64,000 nucleotides of DNA from Cyanophora paradoxa CCMP329 (Eukaryota; Plantae; Glaucophyta): positions 45,659 to 109,658 of the forward strand of contig QPMI01000271.1 in the NCBI GenBank assembly GCA_004431415.1, written 5' to 3'. Shown here one piece after another: positions 1-9,950 of this stretch (the first letter of the stretch is position 1; each line of letters starts with the position of its first letter). The notes below the pieces were generated by a model. That model was given only the letters and a program-made list of their open reading frames with translations. It searched no databases and was not told the DNA's origin. The translations under genes and the position numbers were made by a program.

Positions 1-1380
1 AGCTAGGTGCTCGGTGGTGCGCGCTCGGATTCGCTGTACCCTGTTTTTGGACTTGGCTAATCGTTTTTTTAGGGGTCTAGCAGACTCTTACGCTAAATTT
101 AAAGGGCCACTGACTTGCCGTGCGCGTCAGTTGGGTCCGGGGAAGGGAATTTAACCTCGAGCTCGGCGAATCCAAATTATTAAAGATGTACATGTAGATC
201 TAGATCTAGAGAGCAGATCTAGATTCTAGAGACTTCCGAAGTTCGAGCCGGAAAAGGAACAAAGCCGCTGAGCCTCGGAGCTTGAGGAAAAAACTTGAAA
301 TCGAGGCCATGCCAGGCGAGCTGTCTTCGAGGCCTACGCGAGCTCGAGCTCGAGGCTAGGCCAGAGGTAGGTCGCGATCGATCGCGTCGCGGGCCCCGCG
401 GCGCGACCCGCGGCCGGCGCCCGGCGGGCGGGGGATGGTCATAGCTCGAGCTCATGCATGCGCATATGATCACAAATCGAACCTTATATGCCTGCACGTG
501 CACTTGACTCGGGGAGGCGCGCGGCCGCGGCTTGCAATTGCAATTGCCTAGAGGCTGGCCTCCGCGCGCGCGCGATCTGCATGCGCATGCGCGGGCAAAG
601 CGCGCGCGATCTGCATGCGCGCGGTTGGAGCGGCTGTGGCGTGCGCGGCTGGCGCGCGCGGCTAGCGACATGTACAGCTGCAGCAGACTGCCAAGCGCTG
701 AGAGCGCTATCCGATCATCGGATCGCGAGCTGTGCGGGCCGGGAGTGAGCTCGAGAACTTCGGAAAGCGGCCGGGCGGGGCCGGCGGCGTGGGGGGAGGA
801 AGTAGCAGGGGGGGTCCGTAAAAAGACTTTCCTCAGGGTAAGTTCGCACTCTCCAATGTGATTGGCTAGCGCGCGCGGCGTCCTCCCACGCGACCGCGCT
901 CGCGCCCGGCCTAGCTCTCGCAGAACGGAATGTCGGGCATGATGCGCGCAACGACCTCGAACTGGTCTGACCCGTACATCTGCTCCCTGTGCGTCGCTGG
1001 ACCCATTTTTGTCCCGGGTGTTGGTGCCTGTTCCTGGATCACCCTTTGGTCGGACGGGACCGGGAGACATGGTTTCGGGATCCCCTTGTGATGGGCTTTC
1101 AGGATATACCGCGCGGCCCGGGTTTTGCGGAGGTCGGGGAAATGGGATTTGGGGTAGGGTTAACGTTGGGCCCGAGGGACAGGGACAGGCCTAGGGGAAC
1201 TTCGGAAGTGATTTTCCCTTCCCCAATCAAAGTATCCGATGATCATAGTATGCCATGCATATGATGATCATCGGATCATGATCATGCACACTAGTACTAG
1301 TACTAGCTATAGTACTATGGACCGGATGACTCAGTGATATGATCGATATCCGATGATCGATATCAGAGCCCCGAGGCTCA

Positions 1381-2195
1381 CACTGCGGTACGGCGTTGTA
1401 TGGGCCCATAGTCCTGGAAGCAACTCCACGATCGCGACCGCTACCGTAAAACACTTAAGTAATGCGGGCACTTAAGTAATGCGGTCCCGAAATAATGCGT
1501 TTTCCGCTGACAAAACGCATTAATTTGGGGGCGCATTAATATCGAAGCGCTAAGCCGCCGCTAAGAGAACTGCGGTATGTACCCCCCTAACGCTGCCAGA
1601 AGGCTTCAAAACGCATTAATTCGGGGGCGCATAATTAACCGTACTGGGGGTCCGGGTCCAAAAACGCATTACTTACCGGCGCATTACTTAAGTGTTTTAC
1701 GGTAGCTCTACGATCGCCACAGCCATGCATTGCACGCTGCTATGACGCTCGATTGCAAGCATGTAGAGCTTTTACTAGCCATTGAATTAAGCTTGCGGAT
1801 TCGGTCGGCCCTTGAGTCACGTTCCAAAAAACGCCGGGGTACTGGGCAACTTTCAAAAAGTTTTTTTGCTCAAACGGCCAGTGCAAAAGTTTTTTAGAAG
1901 GAAGTCGGGCGCGTTAGTTAGAAAACGCCCGCCGCGGCGGCTACGATCTATCTAGCCGGTCATCTATCGTTTGGGTCAATTTGCTCCCAATCGGTTCAAT
2001 TTTGAGCGAGCAAGATCGATCGGCGCTTTTTCCAGAACCTAAGGCAAAACGGGGGGGTACGGCGCAAAGTCAAGTCCAGAACCTTATCGAAAAAAACTGC
2101 AAGTATGTAACTTTGACTTACCATTTAGCCATTGTTAAACCTCCGTTGGAGCTTTCTTCAAGCACTATGGGCCCATACAAACGCGTACCGCAGTG
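1381..2195. mobile_element. Non-autonomous CACTA/EnSpm-superfamily (CACTG-ended) DNA transposon
   Basis: Left end CACTGCGGTACGGCGTTGTATGGGCCCATAGT (1381) and right end ACTATGGGCCCATACAAACGCGTACCGCAGTG (to 2195) form an imperfect TIR of ~40-50 bp. A 3-bp TSD TCA lies at 1378-1380 and 2196-2198. No transposase ORF. Confidence 0.85.
1444..1702. mobile_element. MITE of Tc1/mariner-pogo type nested in the CACTG element
   Basis: Perfect 23-bp TIR CCGTAAAACACTTAAGTAATGCG / CGCATTACTTAAGTGTTTTACGG, flanked by TA at 1442-1443 and 1703-1704. Internal TAATGCG/CGCATTA repeats. Confidence 0.85.
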
Positions 2196-2216
2196 TCATG
2201 ATCATGCCATGATGAT

Positions 2217-2751
2217 CAGTGTTTGTGAAAGTTTACTCCCCGCCGGCACCCTGAAAGCTTTCATGAAAGCTTTCTGAAAGCTTTCTGAAAGGATTGCTCC
2301 CATACAAGGAAACCTTGCCCAGCGAAACCGGAAATATTCTGTTTCAAGCAAGCGTCCAGACACAAGTCTATGCTTTCCAATGTCATCTCCAACTGCAATC
2401 TTAAAGCCCGCATGGCCGGCGCCCTGTTGTGCTCCTGAGCTCCTTTCAGCCAAGTTTCAGTGGAAGAGGGGGTACAGCTCCGGAGGCGGCCACCTTCCCC
2501 AGCGGCCCCCGCCCTTCCACAACGTCATGCAACCGTTTGCCCCGTGTGGCATTATGCTTTGTTGCACTCTAGCTTGCTCAAATCCGTCGTTTTCCGCTAG
2601 AAACTCCGTCGGAAGGCCTGCTGTAGGGTACCCCCCCGTTGCAACGAAACTGAAAGCTTTCACCTGCGTTTTTGGGCATGAAAGCTTTCAGAAAGCTTTC
2701 TAGAAAGCTTTCACAGTGAAAGCTTGCGCAATGAAAGTATATCAAACACTG
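2217..2751. mobile_element. Non-autonomous hAT-type element
   Basis: TIR CAGTGTTTG...CAAACACTG with an 8-bp TSD ATGATGAT (2209-2216 and 2752-2759). Clusters of the palindrome GAAAGCTTTC lie near both ends (2253-2290, 2652-2725). Confidence 0.85.
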
Positions 2752-3067
2752 ATGATGATCATCGGATCAGCGGCTAGCTCACAGCACGCCGGTCCAACAG
2801 GGGCCGCGCCGGTGGATTGAATTAATTTTGACCAATCACGCAAATCACTCGACTCCGAGTCGAGTTTTTGACTCGGACTTTTTGACTCGACTTGCCGTAG
2901 TTCGCAAATTCTGACTCAACGTCGTGGGTACGGGCGAGTCTTCGTTCGCGCTCCCAGGTGAGAGCGAGAGCTCGGGTACGCCTAGCGCATTCGAACGCGG
3001 GAGGAGCGCGCAGGGCCGGCGGAGCCCGTAGCGCGATGGGCGACAGCCATACGCCGCCTACGAATCC

Positions 3068-3733
3068 TTATGCACGATCCCTATGGCTGAAGAAGCAGCG
3101 GACGAAGCCTGCGAATGCAGTAAGGCATCCCAAACGCAATGATCCCCATGAAGCCCACGTGCCAGCCACGCCGCACCCAGCACCGTCGAACAGAGGTAGG
3201 CATAAGTGCTCATTGCGCGCTTTAGCGCCCCAAACGCCTGAAAGCCTGGCAGAGACTTCGGCATCAAACAAAACGCCGGCGTTCTTCACCGAGTTGTCAA
3301 TCGACTCGGCGAACGTTGCGCCTAGCATGGTCCCGTTCCCGGCGGGATTGTAGCGGCGCGGGACTTGCTTGCCGCCTAGGGATGGCACTATGCATCCGCT
3401 ATCCGGATGGCCGGCGAGAGCCTCCGCACGAAAGAGCCCGCGGGCGGCCGCGGTGCTTGCTGGCGGGAACCGCTGCATAGCGACGTTGGCGCCACGCAGC
3501 CGGCGCGACACAGCCTGCGTCGCCTCGACAGTAGGCTGAATGCCGGGCGCTGGCGTGTAGTAGGCGTCTGGTGGCAGCTGCGGAGGCGGCGCTGGCTGCT
3601 GCAGCTGCTGCATCCATGCCCACGGGTTGCCCGCATCGTGGAAAGGAAGCTCCGGCAGCTGGAACACGTACTGGTGTGCTACGGGCGGCGCGAGGATCCC
3701 GGTCGGCAAGTCGGCGCCGCGGAAGGCGAGCAT
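3068..3733 (-). CDS. Hypothetical protein (221-aa ORF with a P/Q-rich N-terminal part)
   Basis: ORF with mixed, protein-like composition next to the transposon nest; no recognisable motif. Confidence 0.3.
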   Translation of the reverse strand: MLAFRGADLPTGILAPPVAHQYVFQLPELPFHDAGNPWAWMQQLQQPAPPPQLPPDAYYTPAPGIQPTVEATQAVSRRLRGANVAMQRFPPASTAAARGLFRAEALAGHPDSGCIVPSLGGKQVPRRYNPAGNGTMLGATFAESIDNSVKNAGVLFDAEVSARLSGVWGAKARNEHLCLPLFDGAGCGVAGTWASWGSLRLGCLTAFAGFVRCFFSHRDRA

Positions 3734-4172
3734 CCTGACGGGTATGCTAGCTAGCGCAGACGGCAGCGCCGAGCGATCTCGATCTGGTATACATATACAA
3801 GATCTTGAGAGCTATTTCCGCAAGTATACATTGCTTTTTATCAGTGCATATATTTGCTGTATAATATGCAGCCGCCGGCGCGGCCCCAGTCGGACCGGCG
3901 TGCTGTGCTATAGCGGCCACGGGCATGGCAGCCGCGCTGAGCTCGCAGCGCTAGCGCTACGCTAGCTGCAGCGCTATATATATAGCTAGCTGCACTGCAC
4001 CTGCATCTTGATACTGGTATATCTGCGACATCAACGTCGATCGCGACGTCGACGTCGACCGGGGGATCGGAATTGCAGCGAAATTCGGGGAAGCTTAACT
4101 AGTAAGCCTTGAAGGGCCCTAAAAGGGGGTCCGGGGGGGTACGTAGACGTGCCGTGCCTTCGCCGACTCGCG

Positions 4173-5725
4173 ATGCAGCGGGCGGCGGCGGGAGCGTGCG
4201 CGAGGGCTGCAGCCGAGCACGCTGACGACGCTTATCGCGCCGCGGAGCGGCGCTACCGTCGCCAGGTGCGCGTCGTCACGCGCAAGAAGAAGGGAAGGAT
4301 GCGCACGATCGTCGGTGCGATGCGGACTGCTGCACTGCGCCTCGGGGTCGATGCGGCGCGCTGAGCACGAGGGGCGCAGAGGCGCTGCCTGACGACGCAG
4401 AAGCGTTTGCAGCGCTGCTGGACCCGCGAGAGGTGTCGCCGCGGCTGCACGAGGCGGAGGCGAGCTTCGAGGGAGACGACGGAGTACTGCGCCGGATTCG
4501 TCTCGTTACCGTCCCCGAGCGGCCGGGCCTCATCCTGCTGCCCGGCGTGCTCACGGCGCGGGAGCAGCTGGCGTGGGCGCGGAGGGCGCTGGAGGAGTTT
4601 ATCCAGCCGCCGAATGTGACGAGTCTGAACGCGCAGCACGGTTGGCAGCGAGACCTCTGGCGCCGCGCCTGCGCTGAGGCCCCCGCCCCGCCCCCGCCAG
4701 GCGCGCGCCCTCCCCGCCCCCGCCCGTCCCCGCTGAGCGCCGCCGTGCGCAGACGCCGGGGAGGAGGAGGAGGTGGAGGAGGAGGAGGCCGCCCCCGCGG
4801 AGGGGCAGGCGAAGGAGGAGGCCTCGGGGGAGGGGCGGAGGGGAGACGGGGCCGGGGGCGGGGGCGGGGCGGGGCCGAGCGCGCGGGAGCTGCTGGGGAA
4901 GCTGCGGTGGGCGACGCTGGGGTACCAGTACCAGTGGACGCAGCGGGTCTACGAGGAGGGGCGGCGCGAGGCGTTCCCGCCCTCCCTCGCCGCCCTCGCG
5001 GCGCGCCTCGCCGCCGCCGCCGGCTTCCCCGCCTTCGCCGCCGAGGTCCCCCTGCACCCCGCTCACGGTGCTTTCCCGCCTCTGACCCCTCCGGCGCTCC
5101 AGGCCGCCATCGTCAACTTCTACGCCCTGGGTGCGGCCGGCGGGGGCGGGGGCGGTGCGGGGCTGAGGGGCGGGGCAGACTCGGCGATCGGGGGCCACGT
5201 GGACGACGCGGAGGCCGACGAGCGCTCCCCCATCGTCTCCCTCTCCCTCGGCGCCCCGTCCGCCCCGCCCCCGCGCGCCCCGGGCCGGGCCGGGGGGCCG
5301 AGGGTGGGGCGGGCGGGGCCAGGGCGGTGTTCCTGCTCGGGGGCGCGACGCGGGCCGTGGAGCCCCTGCCCCTGCTCCTCCGCTCGGGGGACGCCCTCCT
5401 CCTCGCCCCCCCGGCCCGCTCCTGCTACCACGGTGCCCCCCACCCGCCCCGCCCCGCCCCGCCGGCTCGCCGCGGGCCCGACGTCGACGGGGCGGACGGA
5501 CGGGCAGGGGTGCCGCGGGTGCTGGCGGGGGCGCTGGGTGGAGAGCTGGCGGGGGAGGGCGGGGCGGAGGGCCCCCTGCTCGCCTTCCTCGCCGCCCACC
5601 GCCTCAACATCAACGTCCGCCAGGTCCTGCCCCCGGGCACCCCCGCCTACCCGGGGCCCGCCCGGCCCCCGACCGCCCCCGGGGCCCCCGCCCCCGCTGC
5701 CCCCGCCTGCTCCCCGCCCTCGTAG
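4173..5725 (+). CDS. ALKBH1: AlkB-family Fe(II)/2OG dioxygenase, ALKBH1-like (multi-exon)
   Basis: Exon peptides PPNVTSL, KLRWATLGYQYQW, AAIVNFY, IGGHVDDAE (HxD), PIVSLSLG, LRSGD, CYHGVPRV and RLNINVRQV. Confidence 0.9.
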
Positions 5726-5840
5726 CCCCCCGCCGCCCCTCTCCGCCCTCCCTCTGGAACGCACGCGGGGGCGCTGTACAGCGGAGAGCAGAGGATGGCG
5801 GGGGCGAGGGGCGGGGCGGGGCGGGCGGGGCAGGGCGGGG

Positions 5841-7173
5841 CTAGGCGTAGAGCTCCTCCTGGAGGAGGACGGCGTTGACCGCCGCGAGGATCGCCTCCCT
5901 GCCGGCGCCCGCCCCTCGGCGCCCGCCCCCGCGCGGGCGCGGCGCCGCCCTCGCACCGGCTGTTGATGTCCTCCGCCGAGAGCCCCAGCACCGCCTCCGT
6001 GATCTGCACGCCCGTCAGCCTCGCTTGGCCCCGCCCTCACCCCCCGCCCCACGCACCTGTGTCCCCACCCGCGCCACGAACCGCAGCGGCACGCGGGACC
6101 CCCCTCCGGCCCTCTCCTCCGGCACCGCCCGCCGCGCCGGGGCCAGGGCCGGGGCGGGGGGCGGAAGCGCGGCGTGCGGGGCGGCGCCGTTGGAGGGCGG
6201 GTGGCGGCGGCCGGCCGGCGCCTCGCCGATGATGACCTTGGGCTCGAAGCCCTGCGGGGCGCCTCGGGGCGGGCGGGGGAAGGGCCGGGGGCGCGTGTGG
6301 ACCTCGACGGCGAGGGCGCCGATGAGAGCGCCGTAGTTGACGCGGTTGCCGGCGAGGGCGGCGCGCCCGATGAGCGCGTCCAGCCGCGCTGCGTTCTTCA
6401 CCTCGAAGTTTGCCCGCCGCAGCGCCTGCCGCACGTCCTGCTCCCGCACGGCCCCTGCCCCGCCCCGCTCGCCCCGCGCGGCGCCTCCAACGGGGGGCGG
6501 GCGGACCCGTGTCGGCGGGGTCGAGGGCGCGGAAGATGCCCCGCAGGTGGTCGAATCGCGAGCCCGGGCGGACCGCGGCGGGGCCGGGGCCGGCGTGCGC
6601 GGCGGGGATCCCCATCTCGTGCTTGAAGGCGTCGATCGCGTCCTCCTCGCCCGCCTGCCGCCCGCCCCGCCCCGCCGCCGGCGGCGGCGGGATCTGCCAC
6701 GCGCGTCGGCGAGGCGGAGGTGACCAAGCGCAGAGACCGGGGGGGCGTGTGCTAGGGCGCGTTTGGACGCGCTGGGCGCGGGCGCACCTGGTTCATGTCC
6801 GGCAGAGGGATCGCGTCCGCGGGGACGGCGATCGGGTCCCGCACCTCCCGCGCGAACGGCGACGGCATCAGCTTGTGCGGCACGATGCTGCGCCCGTCGC
6901 CGCCGCCCGTCAGATTCGGAGGACCGCTATCTGCAGGTAGCGCGGGGGGCAGCGCCCGGGAGCCGCGAGCGGGAAGGCTATCATCTTCAGCGAGCCCGAG
7001 GACCGCCAGCTATAGCTAGGGCAAGAGGGCAGCGCCCGGGGGCCGCTAACGAGGATACAAGCAACGGAAGCGAACGCCGAGAGCGGCGTGACACGGAAGA
7101 CGTGGCGGGGCACGGGACGGCGTTTCTTTTGCGCATGCAATCCCTCGCTCCCCTATCGCTCACCGCTTTCCAT
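5841..7173 (-). CDS. Hypothetical protein with a degenerate EF-hand-like pair (multi-exon; start uncertain)
   Basis: Spliced peptide LRGIFRALDPADT-GAVREQDVRQALRR...RVNYGALI; ends ...LLQEELYA* (stop at 5841-5843). Confidence 0.5.
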
Positions 7174-7849
7174 GCTGCGACAACAAAGACGTGAGCTCAA
7201 TAGAGCTTGCGGTTTTAACATCTCGACGCACCGCCTGGCTCTGCTGCTGTGGGTCCGACTTCGCAAGCGCCCACGGAGGAGACAGCTTCGACGCGTCGCC
7301 TAAAGGATACTCTGCGCCGAGCTCGATCAGAGGAGTAGTTGGAACTGGGCCGACACCCGCGACGACGCAAATAGCCGGCTCGCGCAGCTGTTGTCGCACC
7401 TCGCGCCGCTGCGCTACCTACTTTAAGAGCCATATTGTGATAGTGCTGGTGCTGCGCTGGTTCGCCTCGCCACAAGATCGGACCGGAGCCGAAACTGACG
7501 GGCAATGCACGTACGCGTGTACCCAGCCCTCAAATTTGATCGTCAAGCTGAAGTCTTAATCTTAAGCTTCTCGAAGTCTCTATAGATCGATATCGATATC
7601 TAGATCTAGATGTCGATCGCGATCCGGCCTCGTCGCAAGCTTGCGCTGCGCCCAGCTGCAGGCGCTTCCATAACACTCAGCCGGTGTATTGGCTTTCGCT
7701 CCCCGAATTTAAATCCTCAGAGTCCTTGAACCAACTGCAAGCCATCGATATCCGCCGGCGCGGCGGCCCGGCACCCACTCGCGCACGTACGCGTGCACTG
7801 GGGCAACCGAACTGGAGGTCGACGCAGCGCGAGGGCTAGCGAGCGGGGC

Positions 7850-9777
7850 CTAGACCTTGAAGGAGAGGCCCATCTCGCGGTAGCGGCGGGGGTCGTCGAG
7901 CCAGTCCTCCCTGACGGCGACGTGGAGGAAGAGGTGGACGGGGCGCCCGAGGTCCCGCGAGAGCTCCTGCCGCGCCCGGCTCCCGATCTGCTTGATCATC
8001 GACCCGTTCTTGCCCAGCACGATCGACCGCTGCGTCGCCCGCGCCACGTAGATCACCTGCGCCCCGCTCAGCGCCTTCGGGGGCGGCGGGGCGGGGGCCG
8101 GGGCGGGCCTGGTGGATGACGGCGGATCCGTCGGGGCGGTTGACCCAGCGCTCGCTCTCCACCGTGCTCTCGTAGGGGAGCTCCTCGTGCAGCAGGTGGT
8201 ACAGCTGCTCCCGCGTCACCTGCACCCCCCGCCCCGCTCGCCTCCCGCGCGCCCGGGGCGGCCGGCGGGCGGGTCGGGCGTGCCTCGGCGGCGAGGAGGC
8301 GCTCGGGGAGGTCGGAGAGCTGCTCGGGGGGGAACAGGAACGGTCCCTCGGGCACCCGCTGCCCCAGGAACTCCAGCAGCCGCTTGCATCCCGCCCCTGC
8401 CCCCCGCCCCGTGCGTCAGGCGGTGGCGGGGCGGGGGCGGGGCCGGGGGTACCGGTGACGGCGGAGACGTGGAAGGCGTCGGTGAACATGTGCCCCTCGG
8501 GGTCCAGCGCCTCCCGGATCGCCGCCACCGCCTCCCGCCGCGCCCTGCGCCCCGTCGCCCCCGCCGCCATGCAGCGCGCCCGGGGCGGCGCGGGGCGGGG
8601 CGGGGCGGACTGGTCGGTGGGGAGGAGGTCGGTCTTGTTGACGCAGAGGACGGCGCGGCGGCCCGAGGCGCGCAGCCGCTCCGCGATCTGCCGCACCGTC
8701 TCCGCCGACTCCGCCTGCCGCCGCTCCTCCCGCGCCTCCCGCCCGCCCCCGCCCCGCCGCCCGCCGCGCTTCCCCTGTGAGGCGCCGCGGCCCGCGGAGG
8801 CCCCCGCCGCCGCCGCTGCCGGCTCGTCGAAGGAGAGCGGGGGCAGCTCCTCGTCGGCGGGGGCGGCCTCGGGGGAGGCCTGGCCGTCGGGGCCGCCGCG
8901 CTCGTCGGCGAGGGCCCCGCAGAAGGCCTGCGCGTCCACCAGGAAGAGCACCACCTGCGCACCCTCAGCACGCGACGCCGGCGCAGGGCGCGGCGGGGCG
9001 GGGGCGTGCCTCGGCCTCGTCGGCTGCGGACCAGGCGGCGGAGACCATGGCGCGCTCGAGGCGCTTGTTGTCGTCGTGGATGAAGATGCCCGGCGTGTCC
9101 ATGAAGACCAGCTGGCTCGCCCGCACCGCCTCCCCGTCCGCGTCCCGCCCGATCTCCTCCCCGACCATGCAGATCCCCAGGATCCGCCGCCGCGTGGTCT
9201 GCACCTTGGGCGACACGATTGACACCTGCGCGGGGGCGGCCAGTCACCCGGAGCACCGGCCGGCGGCGGCGCACGAGCTGCGCGCCTTGGCGCCCACAAG
9301 GCGGTTGATCAGGGTTGACTTCCCGGCGTTGGTGGCGCCCACGACGGCGATGAAGCCGCTGCGCGTCGGCGCCGCCCGCTCCTCCTCTGTGGGGAGGAGA
9401 TCCACCTCGGGCATGGAAAGAACTTGCCCGCCCTTCCGCCCTGGCACGTTGCCCCGCGGCTGGCTCAAGAACTTCGCGGTCTCCTCGTCATCCTCCTCCT
9501 CATTGCGCTTCGCGTGCGCGGTCGCCCCGCTTGCGACGCCGGGAGCTACGCTGTAGCTGGGCGCGATCGGCGCGCAAGCGAACGTTCTAGGCAGAATCCC
9601 AAAGAATTGCTTTCCGCTTGCGATGCCGCCACCGACCCGCAGCTGCTTTCTTGGAAGAATCTTGAAGGGATGCGTACGTGCGGTCGCGGGCAGAGCAGGA
9701 GACCAGTCGTTTCCAGGGCTTAGCTGCTGCGTGCATCTCGACCCCGATGCCGCTGGGAGGCCCGTGGCGACGAACAT
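7850..9777 (-). CDS. era: Era GTPase, organelle-targeted (multi-exon)
   Basis: G1 GATNAGKST, VSIVSPKVQTTR, G3 DTPG, G4 NKTD, REQLYHLLHEELPY and the KH-domain segment IVLGKNGSMIKQIG...HLFLHVAVREDW. Long N-terminal extension starting MFVA. Confidence 0.92.
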
Positions 9778-9950
9778 CGGAAAAAAAGAGAGGGGGTACA
9801 GAAGAGCAAGGCGGCAGTGCGGCGCCGGCGCGGCTGTGGCCGCTTGCTTTAGCGCTAGCTATCCCGGAAGTCGGGCCGGAGGAAGTTGAGCCGGTCGAAG
9901 GCGAGGCGGAGTTTGAACGATCGAGCGCGTCTAGCTAGAGCCTCGGAGCG

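Noticed and set aside
232-1209. 13-bp inverted repeat ACTTCCGAAGTTC / GAACTTCGGAAGT as possible transposon ends
   Set aside because: No target-site duplication; the word also recurs in part at ~755 and ~54825, so it may be a short dispersed motif.
1444-2751. Iterated AAAACGCATTA and GAAAGCTTTC motifs resembling a CRISPR or iteron array
   Set aside because: Spacing is irregular, there are no unique equal-length spacers or cas genes, and the motifs are explained as subterminal repeats of MITEs.
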